The notes beneath the pieces were generated by a model. It was not told the DNA's origin. It saw only the letters and a program-made list of their open reading frames with translations, and did not search any database. A DNA stretch of 64,000 bases from Neoechinorhynchus agilis. Its lineage: Eukaryota; Animalia; Acanthocephala. Made by a program: the position numbers and the translations under genes. Where the stretch lies: positions 10,394,784 to 10,458,783 of the forward strand of contig CM121341.1 of assembly GCA_051530055.1 (NCBI GenBank). The letters are read 5' to 3'. This document shows, in pieces, positions 39,951 through 53,130 of this stretch (the first letter of the stretch is position 1; the number at the start of each line of letters is the position of its first letter).

Positions 39951-42900
39951 TAATTTACAATTTTGAATTTATTGCGAAGCACTCATATAAGATCAAAGTG
40001 ATTTGTAAATTCATCGTTTCGTATTGGATAAGAAACTTAAACAAATTGATTTTCTAATCATTGTGCTATCGAAATGTCGTCCGCCAAAAATTAAGGGAAT
40101 TCTTAGCGGCCTTTTCTTATTGCTTTCCTTTATTAAAGGTTTTATTGAAAAACCTTTACTCAACGGTAAAGCAAATAATTTCTAGGCTCCAAAAGTATTA
40201 AAAACCGACTTTACAATTTTTCTACAAATAAAATACTTTTATTAGAATCGGAGAACATTACGAATACATTACAATTTTGAATATTATTGCGAAGCACTCA
40301 TATAAGATCAAAGTGATTTGTAAATTCATCGTTTCGTATTGGATAAGAAACTTAAACAAATTGATTTTCTAATCATTGTGCTATCGAAATGTCGTCCGCC
40401 AAAAATGAAGGGAATTCTTAGCGGCCTTTTCTTATTGCTTTCCTTTATTAAACTTTTTATTGAAAAACTTTACTCAACGGTAAAGCAAAAAAGTTCTAGG
40501 CTCTGAAAGTATTAAAAACCTACTTTACAATTTTTCTACAAATAAAATCCTTTTATTAGAATCGGAGAACATTACGAATAATTTTTTCAATTTTGAATTT
40601 ATTTCTTTTTTTTAATATTGATGTACATTAGCAATTTCGCCGGTCAGAGGAACTTGGTTTTCTACATCAGAGAAGTGATGTTACCACTTTAACTCGGATG
40701 AGTCGTTAAGAGTTCGTACATTTCTCCGGATCCTCAGATGCCTCCAGCAAAGTGATTTGTAAATTCATCGTTACTTATTGGATAAGAAACTTAAACAAAT
40801 TGATTTTCTAATCATTGTGCTATCGAAATGTCGTCCGCCAAATATTAAGGGAATTCTTAGCGGCCTTTTCTTATTGCTTTCCTTTATTAAAGGTTTTATT
40901 GAAAAACCTTTACTCAACGGTAAAGCAAACAAGTTCTAGGCTCCAAAAGTATTAAAAACCGACTTTACAATTTTTCTACAAATAAAATCCTTTTATTAGA
41001 ATCGGAGAACATTACGAATAATTTACAATTTTGAAATTTATTGCGAAGCACTCATATAAGATCAAAGTGATTTATAAATTCATCGTTACTTATTGGATAA
41101 GAAACTTAAACAAATTGATTTTCTAATCATTGTGCTATCGAAATGTCGTCCGCCAAATATTAAGGGAATTCTTAGCGGCCTTTTCTTATTGCTTTCCTTT
41201 ATTAAAGGTTTTATTGAAAAACCTTTACTCAACGGTAAAGCAAACAAGTTCTAGGCTCCAAAAGTATTAAAAACCTACTTTACAATTTTTCTACAAATAA
41301 AATCCTTTTATTAGAATCGGAGAACATTACGAATAATTTTTCAATTTTGAATTTATTGCGAAGCACTCATATAAGATCAAAGTGATTTGTAAATTCATCG
41401 TTACTTATTGGATAAGAAACTTAAACAAATTGATTTTCTAATCATTGTGCTATCGAAATGTCGTCCGCCAAAAATGAAGGGAATTCTTAGCGGCCTTTTC
41501 TTATTGCTTTCCTTTATTAAAGGTTTTATTGAAAAACCTTTACTCAACGGTAAAGCAAACAAGTTCTAGGCTCTCAAAGTATTAAAAACCTACTTTACAA
41601 TTTTTCTACAAATAAAATCCTTTTATTAGAATCGGAGAACATTACGAATAATTTTTTTCAATTTTGAATTTATTTCTTTTTTTTAATATTGATGTACATT
41701 AGCAATTTCGCCGGTCAGAGGAACTTGGTTTTCTACATCAGAGAAGTGATGTTACCACTTTAACTCGGATGAGTCGTTAAGAGTTCGTACATTTCTCCGG
41801 ATCCTCAGATGCCTCCAGCAAAGTGATTTGTAAATTCATCGTTACTTATTGGATAAGAAACTTAAACAAATTGATTTTCTAATCATTGTGCTATCGAAAT
41901 GTCGTCCGCCAAATATTAAGGGAATTCTTAGCGGCCTTTTCTTATTGCTTTCCTTTATTAAAGGTTTTATTGAAAAACCTTTACTCAACGGTAAAGCAAA
42001 CAAGTTCTAGGCTCCAAAAGTATTAAAAACCTACTTTACAATTTTTCTACAAATAAAATCCTTTTATTAGAATCGGAGAACATTACGAATAATTTACAAT
42101 TTTGAAATTTATTGCGAAGCACTCATATAAGATCAAAGTGATTTATAAATTCATCGTTACTTATTGGATAAGAAACTTAAACAAATTGATTTTCTAATCA
42201 TTGTGCTATCGAAATGTCGTCCGCCAAATATTAAGGGAATTCTTAGCGGCCTTTTCTTATTGCTTTCCTTTATTAAAGGTTTTATTGAAAAACCTTTACT
42301 CAACGGTAAAGCAAACAAGTTCTAGGCTTCAAAAGTATTAAAAACCTACTTTACAATTTTTCTACAAATAAAATCCTTCTATTAGAATCGGAGAACATTA
42401 CGAATAATTTTCAATTTTGAATTTATTGCGAAGCACTCATATAAGATCAAAGTGATTTGTAAATTCATCGTTACTTATTGGATAAGAAACTTAAACAAAT
42501 TGATTTTCTAATCATTGTGCTATCGAAATGTCGTCCGCCAAAAATGAAGGGAATTCTTAGCGGCCTTTTCTTATTGCTTTCCTTTATTAAAGGTTTTATT
42601 GAAAAACTTTACTCAACGGTAAAGCAAACAAGTTCTAGGCTTCAAAAGTATTAAAAACCTACTTTACAATTTTTCTACAAATAAAATCCTTTTATTAGAA
42701 TCGGAGAACATTACGAATAATTTTTTCAATTTTGAATTTATTTCTTTTTTTTAATATTGATGTACATTAGCAATTTCGCCGGTCAGAGGAACTTGGTTTT
42801 CTACATCAGAGAAGTGATGTTACCACTTTAACTCGGATGAGTCGTTAAGAGTTCGTACATTTCTCCGGATCCTCAGATGCCTCCAGCAAAGTGATTTGTA

Positions 42901-43598
42901 AATTCATCGTTACTTATTGGATAAGAAACTTAAACAAATTGATTTTCTAATCATTGTGCTATCGAAATGTCGTCCGCCAAAAATTAAGGGAATTCTTAGC
43001 GGCCTTTTCTTATTGCTTTCCTTTATTAAAGGTTTTATTGAAAAACCTTTACTCAACGGTAAAGCAAACAAGTTCTAGGCTCCAAAAGTATTAAAAACCG
43101 ACTTTACAATTTTTCTACAAATAAAATCCTTTTATTAGAATCGGAGAACATTACGAATAATTTTTCAATTTTGAATTTATTGCGAAGCACTCATATAAGA
43201 TCAAAGTGATTTGTAAATTCATCGTTACTTATTGGATAAGAAACTTAAACAAATTGATTTTCTAATCATTGTGCTATCGAAATGTCGTCCGCCAAAAATT
43301 AAGGGAATTCTTAGCGGCCTTTTCTTATTGCTTTCCTTTATTAAAGGTTTTATTGAAAAACCTTTACTCAACGGTAAAGCAAACAAGTTCTAGGCTTCAA
43401 AAGTATTAAAAACCGACTTTACAATTTTTCTACAAATAAAATCCTTTTATTAGAATCGGAGAACATTACGAATAATTTGTCAATTTTGAATTTATTGCGA
43501 AGCACTCATATAAGATCAAAGTGATTTGTAAATTCATCGTTTCGTATTGGATAAGAAACTTAAACAAATTGATTTCCTAATCAATGTGCTATCGAAAT
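39951..43598. repeat. AT-rich satellite (~315-bp monomer) with 1070-bp higher-order period
   Basis: ttattgcgaagcactc starts near 39969, 40284, 41039, 41353, 42109, 42422, 43178 and 43493. A ~145-bp insert occurs near 40603, 41673 and 42743. Confidence 0.97.
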
Positions 43599-43989
43599 AT
43601 GTTACCAATTTTGCTTTTGCGCTGCCTGCGGAAGAACCTGATTTGGTGTGACGTCATTTTTGAATAGAAACTCATATTGGAAGCCGAATTTTGAAGCGAT
43701 AATTTTTTGTTGAGAAGTGGAAGAATGTAAATTTAGGCATTTTTCGATGCTAGTTTGTTCATTGGTCCATATTCTGGAAAAATTATGACTTTTGCACACT
43801 CAAAACATGAAACGGATCAACAACTCGACTTCACTCGGGTATATCCTTAGAAAATGAAGTTCAACGCTCGAAACCCACAAACCTTTTTGTACACTGCGAC
43901 GGAACAGAAAATTGACGTCGTTAATACTGAATCGGGCAGAGAGATAGCGTCTTATTATTTTGCGGTCTATCATTTTTTAGATTTGAATT

Positions 43990-46921
43990 TATGACTGATT
44001 AAATCAATAGAAATAATTTTGAGGTATCGAAGACCGGCCAAAATAATAAGTATGAAAAAACATTCAGTTCTTTGATGAAGTTCTTTGACTTTGGCGGCGT
44101 CTCCAATATTCAATACAAGGAGCTCACATTTTCCAGCATTGAGCTCAATGCCCATCTTCGAGGTCTCCCTAATCAGCGTCTCCAAATCGCGCAGTACAAC
44201 GGAGGGATCACCTCCGAGCGTAGCGTCGTCATCCAAGTACCAAGCGTTGAAGCTGGAATGGAGAGCATGCGCTATTGGATTTACTGTTAGTGAGAATGCG
44301 ATTGGACCGAGGGGATCTCCTCGCTGCACTCCTCTTTCGGACCAAATGAGGTGGTCTTCGAAAAGCAAAGGGGTTGCCGTCCCGTAGGCATCGAGAAAAT
44401 ACTGGAAGGCTTCTGGGGCGTGATCCCTCATTGCGCTGAACATGGTTTCTCTATTGAGAGAGTTAACGGCGTTCCGAAAATCACACTTAAGAATCACCCA
44501 CGGCTTTGAACTCCTCGTAGTAAAGTTTCGGAGCGAGTGGACAATAGATTCCGCCCGCGGGATGTGCAGCAGCCCAGTTGGACTGGACGAAGTTGCTGTC
44601 CGGTTTTCTCTGTAATACGTTTGTAGAGAATTTTTCCTGCGAGTCGGCGCATCGTCGAAGATACGGCGATGGGACGGATCCCACCTTCTTTTTTTTGTGA
44701 GCGCACACAATGAGGCTTCGAAAAATAGGTCCCTTGCAACGGGATTCATATCCTCTCCAGTCAGGCGGTCGACTAACCGAGAAAGCGCACTTTCTAGAGA
44801 GAGCTGCTTCACCAGTTGAAAAGTACATCATGTCCTTTAGGTGCTGAGGCCTTAGCCCGTCAAGCCCATGGCCCGAACCAGTTGCGAAAGATGAGATGGC
44901 CTTTTGTAACTCTGAAATTATGGGAGGAGATGGAATTTCAAAACTTCCGCTATTACATGGGTGCTTCGACCGGAGTATTTGTAGCGTCTCGCTGTCCCCT
45001 TCTGCGAAACTGTCGGAGGATGACAATAATCAAACAGCCCCCCGAACATCTCCGTCCGCAAGCTTCGAAGAGACACGTTCAGTCAGTGATCGCTTTGAAA
45101 AACGGCAGCGAAACTCTTCCTTCGTGCGTCCCTTACGAACCTCGCGGAGATTCCTTTCAAAATCGTTAAATATTTGTTCAAAGGAGGCTAACCTTTCCTT
45201 GATTGTTGATGTCAAAGACATCCCAGAATCACAGCGAAGAGCCGTGTCCATGATGGCGCACAGTTCGTTTGAAGGCAATCGTTGACAATCCCGTAAATGC
45301 TTTGGCGACCAGATATCGCGCGCCTTTAGGGATCCATTTCAGGACGTTCCTGGGCAGAAACCGCACGATATCAGGTATCGAAATAGAATCAGTGGTGATC
45401 TGAGGGGTCTCAGGTACGAAAAGTTCGGTTAATTGTGGTGGAGAACAAGACCCACTACAGCGGAGATCCCGGGGACCATGGACAAACAAAACCCCCCAGA
45501 TTGGTTAATTTAAAAGACCTACCGCAAACCAGCTGAGGTTGATTATGATCGATGAGTGGCGCGTTCAAATTATCTGCGTCAGCAGCGTCGATTGTAGGCG
45601 ATTTGAACACATTGTGACGTAATTTGGAATTTCACCAAAACCTATCCGATGCTGAGATCGTCCTGAGCCTTCTTGAAGGTAGAGGGCTGGGAGGTGAATC
45701 TGATCCGTCGCTATATCCGTCGTCTGATTTCCTCATTGATCGGTCATATCATACCGAAACTTTCGTTGCTGTGCGATAGGGTGTGCGCTCTCTCGGCTCA
45801 TGAAGCCTTGTTTCTGATAAAGAACGCGCTCTTCATCTCCAAATTATTGTACAAGGTTCGCACAGCAACAATTTTCAAACATAAGGAAGGATTGGCTAAG
45901 CTCGACGAAAATGTGAGGGCTTGTCTCGAGCGTATTTTAAATGTCCAGCTCTCAGATGAGGCGTGGCGACAAGCTTCTTTGCCTGCACCATCTGCGGGAT
46001 TGGGGATTCGGGCACCAGTGGACTTTGCTTTGCCGGCCTTTCTTGGATCGTTTGTGGGGAGCCTACCAGTATCGAAGAAAATTTTGAAGGAAAAGTTCTG
46101 TCTTGACCGGGATTTCGTGGTTGCGTTTGAGGAATGGTGCCAGCATATAAGCGCTAACCATGTTCCCGTGAATGGCGTCAGACAGTCGATATGGGACGGA
46201 CATCTTGTCGCGAGAGCTCACAGCTTTCTACTTTCAGGTTCTCGCGATGGGGTCGTCCGAGCTAGACTGTTGGCAGTTTCAACACGAGAATCTGGGGCGT
46301 GGTTCTAGGCTGTTCCTCTGGTATCAGTGGGAACTCTTCTTACTGATGAGGTAACGAGGATCGCAGTATCCTTAAAACTTGGTGTCCCGATATGCACGCC
46401 CGATCGCTGTCGATGTGGGTCTTTGGTTGATGCTTTCGGGCGACACGGTCTCGTCTGCAGAAGGTCAGCAGGAAGGTTCTCACGCCATTCTGAAATCAAT
46501 AACGCAATTTCTCGGGCGTTGAGAACGGCGAACTTCCCGAACATCGTGGAACCCGCTAACCATTGTCGACTAGACGGCCGTAGGCCCGATGGAATTTCGG
46601 TCTTCCCGTGGCGGGAGGGCAAATGCCTTCTCTGGGACGCCACGTGAAGTGCAGCGGAAGGGAGGAAAATACCCAAATATAATCGGTTATCGAGGGCTCA
46701 CTATTTTGTCCCCTTTGGGGTAGAGACGTATGGAGCGCTGGGCAGCTCGGCACTCTCTGCTCCAGGATCTCTCGAAGAAATTGAGAGAGGCAACCGGAGA
46801 CTCAAGAGCAGGCGTATTCCTTCGACAAAATATCTCGCTAGCAGTACAACGGGGCAATGCTGCCAGCGTGATGGCGACGGTCGACGAAGGACAAAAGCTG
46901 GAATTTGGCGGGAGGTGGTGA
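43990..46921. mobile_element. CRE/SLACS-type RLE non-LTR retrotransposon with 5' portion inverted (minus 45720-43990, plus 45740-46921)
   Basis: Minus: CGRSFK..HGPR..CSGS, GGIRPIAV, LKCDFRNAVNS, GVQRGDPLGP, AWYLDD. Plus: HEALFLIKN, QASLP..GLGIR, CRCG..RHGLVC..RH, RPDG..WDAT, ISLAVQRGNA. Confidence 0.88.
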
Positions 46922-47034
46922 GTGTGCTTCAAACAGATTGTTTGAATTGTTAAAAATATATTGCGTTCTTTAAAAAAATTCTTTAATGTAAATGTTAAAC
47001 ATTTGGGACCAATTTGAGTTTTATAAGAATATAT

Positions 47035-47905
47035 CACCGGAGTTATTGTTTAGAAGTCTTCATATCCGGTAAATAATTTTTTTGAATTAAAGACGTCCTT
47101 TAATATTTATTAAACTGATGATAAACAAGACTAAGTTCGCCGCATTTCAAAAAAGGATTTATATGAGCGTAATATACAGTCAAATCCTTTTAAAAGGATT
47201 AAATTCTGAAAAACTAAAACAAATTTGTTATTTAGAAGTCTTCAGCCGGTAAATAATTTTTTTATTAAAGATGTTCTGCGAACTTAGTCATATTTATCAT
47301 CAGTTTAATAAATATTAAAAGACGTCTTTAATTCAAAAAGTTATTTACCGGATATGAAGACCTCTAAACAATAATTCTAATCAATAATCCGACATTACCT
47401 CGTTACATATAGAAATTTGAAATAAAGTATTAATATGAGCTTAATATATAGTCAAATCCTTTTTAAAGGATCAAATTCTCAAGAACTAAAACAAATTTGT
47501 TATTTAGAAGTCTTCAACCGGTAAAGTATTTTTGTATTAAAGACGTTCGGCGAACTTGGTCACGTTTATCATTAGTTTGATAAATATTAAAAGACGTCTT
47601 TAATTCAAAAAAATAATTTACCGGATATGAAGACCTCTAAACAATAATTCTAATCAATAATCCGCCATTACCACGTTACATATCGACATTTCAAAAAAAG
47701 GATTTATATGAGCGTAATATACAGTCAAATCCTTTTAAAAGAATCAACTTCTACCGAACCAAAACAAATTTGTTATTTAGAAGTCTTCATATCCGGTAAA
47801 TAATTTTTTTGAATTAAAGACGTCTTTTAATAATTATCAAACTGATGATAAACATAACTAAGTTCGCCGAACGTCTTTAAAAGAAAAATACTTTACCGGG
47901 TGAAA
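47035..47905. repeat. Cluster of ~3.5 units of the palindromic foldback family
   Basis: Repeated agaagtcttca..ccggtaaataa..taaagacgt..ttatttaccggatatgaagac hairpins and aaaggattt..aaatccttt hairpins. Confidence 0.85.
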
Positions 47906-47962
47906 TAATAATAGGCGTAAAAGTCTTTACTCGCTGTCGTTAGATAACAAAAAAAGTCACAA

Positions 47963-48985
47963 TCATAGATAGATGTCGTCAACATCCATTGGTTCATATT
48001 CTTGCGTCTCTTGGGTTTGTTTCCTCGGTGCTTCATTTGATTGGTAGTTCTGAGGTTGTTCTACTTGAGCGGTTTCTTTGGGTCTTGGATTTACGATTTT
48101 GTACCTTGTAGAAACAAATCGAGGTACAGGTGGACGGAGCCGTGGTCTAACTCTTGTCCCCATATATCCCGGTGCTCTAAATCTGGCGATATAAGGTCGC
48201 ATGTAGCGGGTTTGAATGGTTTGTTCGATTCTGTTGCGAGAGATTTGGGTGTTTCGCTGCACTACGTTCGAGTGCAGTTGTTGACATTGTGGATCAGCGC
48301 AGTTTCCGTCATCGGGGCACTTTGGATGGAGGAAAAGGCAAGTGTCGCCATATGGACAATCCGGATAGTTCCTACACTCTGAATCCGGATGCACAAACTC
48401 GCATTTTTCTCCATTGGCACAATTCGGCCAAAATTTACACCGGATTTTCTTTATAGGCTTAGTTTTCCTTACCTTGATCTCGGGCACAAGTTGTGGAGAT
48501 TGTGGAGGACTTAAAGTTTCAGCCCTTTGGTCTGAAATACTATCATCATTGTAACGACGCTTCCGTTGGAAATTATCTCTTGGTCTTCGTTCCCGCATAT
48601 TGTCCAATTTCTGCCGCAAGTCTCTTGGTTTAGTGGACTGTGCCGCTTCCTCCGCGAACCGGTGAATATTCAGATGATGCTTAGAAGGATGTGGAGCTAC
48701 ACCAGACGTCTTTTGTGTCAACCTCGGACTGGCACGTCTTCTCCGGTGTATTTTGAACTGGTCAGCAGCATCCTTAACTCGTCTGCTGAACCAGAGAGCG
48801 TCATCTCGTTTTAGAAACGAGCTTAAACTGTCTTGAAGGTCCGTGCCCAAGGTTCCTCGTTGAATCGCCACCAAAGCAAACTGACACAATTCGTCTACTT
48901 GAGACTTGTTCACACATTCAACCCTCCTGGCTATCTGATTTTTTAAAGAACTCAGAAAACCATCAATGTCATCGGAAGTGGACAT
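47963..48985 (-). CDS. ZC3H14: ZC3H14/Nab2-like poly(A)-binding CCCH zinc-finger protein, intronless
   Basis: N-terminal PWI-like helix set. Tandem fingers CKFWPNCANGEKCEFVHP, CRNYPDCPYGDTCLFLHP and CPDDGNCADPQCQQLH. Confidence 0.85.
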   Translation of the reverse strand: MSTSDDIDGFLSSLKNQIARRVECVNKSQVDELCQFALVAIQRGTLGTDLQDSLSSFLKRDDALWFSRRVKDAADQFKIHRRRRASPRLTQKTSGVAPHPSKHHLNIHRFAEEAAQSTKPRDLRQKLDNMRERRPRDNFQRKRRYNDDSISDQRAETLSPPQSPQLVPEIKVRKTKPIKKIRCKFWPNCANGEKCEFVHPDSECRNYPDCPYGDTCLFLHPKCPDDGNCADPQCQQLHSNVVQRNTQISRNRIEQTIQTRYMRPYIARFRAPGYMGTRVRPRLRPPVPRFVSTRYKIVNPRPKETAQVEQPQNYQSNEAPRKQTQETQEYEPMDVDDIYL

Positions 48986-50145
48986 GAGTATTGCGGATGT
49001 CCAATGAATCAATTGAGTGATCTTGAATGCTGGGTGTGGCGCAACAATGAGTCGTTACAGGTGCGCGGAAGAAGGAAAAATCCGTTCAGAAAGTAAGTAT
49101 TTGGGACTTGAACTGGGGCCATGCAAACGGGTCCACGTACCTGAACAATGATGATATGAAGAATAAACACAAAATTCGGTGGTTTGCATTACACGACTCT
49201 GCCAAATACGCTCGTGCTCACAATCGAAAATTCTCAACAAAAAGCATCAGACAAACTCTAAAATAAACAGTAAATAAACAGTTACATTAAATTTAAAAGC
49301 ACAGAATGTTATTTTGATAATAAATAACATTCAATACATTTGTATATTTGAGAAATATTGACTAACCTTAAGGAAATGACGGGATTAGAGAAACATCGAA
49401 AAAATAAAGAAGTCAATTTAAATCCGAGAGTTCTGTAAATAACACGAGCCTTCTTCCGTGTTCGCAGTCGGAAAATACGTCATCAAATTAAGAAATGCGA
49501 GCAGTCTCTAAAATTAACGGCTTAAGAATAAAATCCTTGGTTTGGAAATAAAAGTAGAGCATTGTTTATTCGAATTCATTGCAAATAAACCACAGCTAAC
49601 TTTGTAGAGAATAACAAAATTTAAGCTTTATTGGGTCGAATACAGTAGAGAATCATTTATCCGAATTAATTCGGACCGGACACCATTCGGATGAAATAAA
49701 TGCATTTTCTAAAGCTGGACTACAGATATCAAAGCTCTTAATATGCGGGAGAAGTAGTATAAAAAAGTAAAATTTGTGTAGAGAATCACATAATTTGAGC
49801 TATCCGCACGAATTGATAATGACTGATACAATCGATCGAAATAGTCATTGTTTTTCAATGATCTTTTTCGAGTGTCGACAAGCGACCTATACAACAATAT
49901 TTTTAAACCATCAAGAAAAAATGTGAAATCGCAATTTAAACCCATTAAATTGCCGCTCGAACGAAGCTCAAATATGTAATTCTTGAGATTTTGAATCTTT
50001 AGCCTTCTTTTTTCATCCATAATTAGTTTTCGTCACTTTTTTATCCTTGATTTGTCGGTTGCTTGAACGACCGATTCTGGATTATTTCTTTTGTCTTTTT
50101 ACATATTTTTTTTAATCGAAAAACAAGGTTATAAAAGAAATATGA

Positions 50146-50660
50146 TTAAATCGTCCCCCGGACGCTGACCGCATTTCCTCGTTGGATTGCGAGGCTTATT
50201 CTTTGTATCAGGAAAATCCTCTCGCGTCGCTCCCCTGTTTCTGCTGCAGGTCGTCTTCCGAGTTCGGTACAAAAGCTTCGTGCCGAAGATCCCAGCGCCC
50301 CTTGTGTCTCCACGCCGAAAGGAAGGAAAATGTAATTTTGTTTGAGCTCATTGTATTTCTCCGCTTTCCTCCTTTCGGCGGCACTCGCTGCTCCTCCCGT
50401 CTCCGCTAAAGCATCTTGTCGGTTGGACAGGGCGAGTGAGTCCACGCATGTTGCGTCCCAAATTAGACTCTTCCCTTCTTTCCAAGGGAAAACGGTTATA
50501 CCGTCGGGACGCTTACCATCCGAGCGACGTAGGTGATTTGGCTCCAGGATGGTTGGAACGTGTATCGAGTTCAGAGCTCTGCTAATGATCGCGTTGAGCT
50601 CTGCGTGCCTTGGGAAACGACCGCTCGATCTCTTGCAGTAGAGTCCATGTCTCCCGAGCA
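50146..50660 (-). mobile_element. CRE-type element 3' end (RLE domain)
   Basis: RHGLYCKRSSGRFPRHAELN..KRPDGITVFPWKEGKSLIWDATC..PFGVETQGALG..ISLAIQRGNA. Confidence 0.88.
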
Positions 50661-52799
50661 CGTCAACTTTTGTGAATATTTCTATCCAAATCTTCTTCAA
50701 AAGAGGTCAAGATCGGAATGTCGTCCAGATGTACCATCACTTCCACTTCCTCCATGAGACTCAATAGTCTGCAGACTAACTGTAGCTTTTGAACAAGTTT
50801 CTACGAAATCTTCTAGAGAACGTCGAAGAACCTTGTCCGTTGGACGCTTCCGGCCCAGTAAGGTCGTGGTATCGATGTCCTTTTCATATCCGTTAAGCAT
50901 GATCAGAGCATGCTCTTTCTTGATGAGTAGCACTTTAATTGATTTATCTCAAAGTTTAGAACGATTACTTTTAAAGTCCTGGCTACTTAGAAGATCATCA
51001 TTGTATATAAAAGTACGTTTAACATCGAATTTTGGAACGCCTTCGATCGTTCCTTCTTTAGGCTTCACCTCAAATTTATGACTTCTCCTGTCATGGATTC
51101 AACCTATACTGCCAATTTCGGTTCCATTGATAAAGGAGTTGTGAGAGGTGGGCCCGATACTCGCTCGAAGGCTTTTGGTACTAAAGTGGCAAATGCCATC
51201 TTTGCCTAAAGAGCAAGGTTGTAGTGATCAAATCCATTTTGCCTCCAACTTAGTAAGGTTACTAAAATCCGTCTGCGAGATGTCAAGAGCAGTAACGATG
51301 TTATTTAGTTTTTGAGAGAATGGCCTTACAATGACAGTAAGTAGCCGAGAAGTCGCTATCCAAATGGGAGAGATTAGAATACGTACGTTGAAGTTTAAAG
51401 AAGTGACCATCGACGAAATGCTAAAACATGCGTCGCATAACCATTTCGTCCGAAGCATAGTACATCAGGCAGATGAAATTGAACAGAGAATGTGCCCAGA
51501 CCATAGCCGGGGTAAAATGTATGCTCAGATGGATACAAATCGCAGCTGCAATTTAGGCAACGTCCTTTATTGATCAAGGAATCGGTTGAAGTATTAGTCT
51601 CGATCTTAAAGATTTTGGAAATGCTTATTCTCCAAAGTCAAGTTAGACACACCCGTGGCCAACCTTAGAGAGGAAGACTTCCAAGATTTTCAACGCCGGT
51701 TTAACAAGATTGTAATCGACAACGGTGAGAAAGACCGGTAGATATTAGCCCTGCGTGGGTACCAAGAATAAGATGTTTGGGAGTAAGAGCGAGTATTATC
51801 TTTGGATAATGCGACAGTTTTAACAAGATGCCCGCAGAAATGGATTTAGCACCGATGGTCATGAAGGAGAACATGAATGATTAAAGGATTATAAGAGGAT
51901 TTTTGAGATTAAGAAGAGCCTGTCATCTTTGGGGATTTCAGGAAGGCATCCACAAAATAGATGATGATGTACACGACGAAAACCGCCATTAGCGGCACGA
52001 AACGTTATGAATACTTTAACTAGCAAAATAGAAACTGCCGATTACGCTACACATTCGATGCACAGCATTAATACCGCCGAAAATGTCGTTATAAATACGA
52101 TGGACACGATGAAACCAGCAACTAACGACGAAAACGTCTTAAATACTACAATCAACATAACCACAACCGTCGATTACGCTGCCTGTTCGATGCACACCTT
52201 TAATACAACCGAAAGCGGCGTAACAAATACGATGTACACGATAAAAACCGCCATTAGCGACACGTGCAAAGAATTCTCTGACTTTCCTTTTGCCTAGCAA
52301 TGATTGAGAGAAAGACCCATGCGAACGAGATTTTGATTTAAGAAGACAAAGAGTTAAGACAATGTAGAGATAGCCGCAACGTAATTAACTTCCTTGGCTA
52401 CAACAGTTAGGTCATCGGCATATACTGTTATCGAATGGCGAATTCAGCAGTTTGCACAATGAATTGCCATGCCAAAACAAAAAGGATAGGTGAGAGCGGG
52501 GATCCCGGAGATGCACCCTTAGTTTTTTTAAAACAGCTTATTTTATTACACTTTTTGTTACACACACAACAACAAAACGTTTCAACAATCACCACCGTCT
52601 ACAAAGAAGAGGCATCGCTGTCCCCTCAGTGGTCGCAACCACACTCACTGCGTTTCCTCTTTGGATCGCGAGACCAATGTTCGGGCGTAGGAAAGCATTA
52701 GCTCTTACATTTCCTGTCTTGGCCTGCTAGATGCTGAGCTACTGAGCGCACCAAGAGTCTCCACTCCAAAGGGTATAAAAACATGAGACCTACTTAATT

Positions 52800-53130
52800 C
52801 TCTATATTTCGCCGCCTTTCGGTCCTCCGGGGAGTAGATGGTCGATTTCATTTTCCACATTAGAATCAAAAACGCAGTTCCCTAGAAGACTCAGCCGTTC
52901 TAGAGTGATCAATTCTAAACCGGATGCCAGATTTCTAAATCCTTTGACGACTCGTCTTCGATGTTCATTACCAACAGTTCGCATAACGCCCAATCTCACA
53001 GTGTCCCTTACGAGTGTCTCCAGATCGCGCAGTGCTACGGAGGGATCACCTCCGAGCTTAGCGTCATCTAGGTACCAAGCGTTAAAGCTGGACTGAAGAG
53101 AGTGCGCTATTGAATTCACTGGACGGATCT
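52800..53130 (-). mobile_element. CRE-type RT internal fragment
   Basis: AHSLQSSFNAWYLDDAKLGGDPSVALRDLETL, near-identical to 44200-44280. Confidence 0.85.

Noticed and set aside
39975-40110. U2-like aagatcaaagtg and Sm-like aatttttgg (minus strand) in the 315-bp satellite
   Set aside because: Matches are too short, the Sm-like word varies between monomers, and there is no snRNA fold.
33342-43598. CRISPR-like arrays
   Set aside because: Eukaryotic context, with long near-identical units and no unique spacers.
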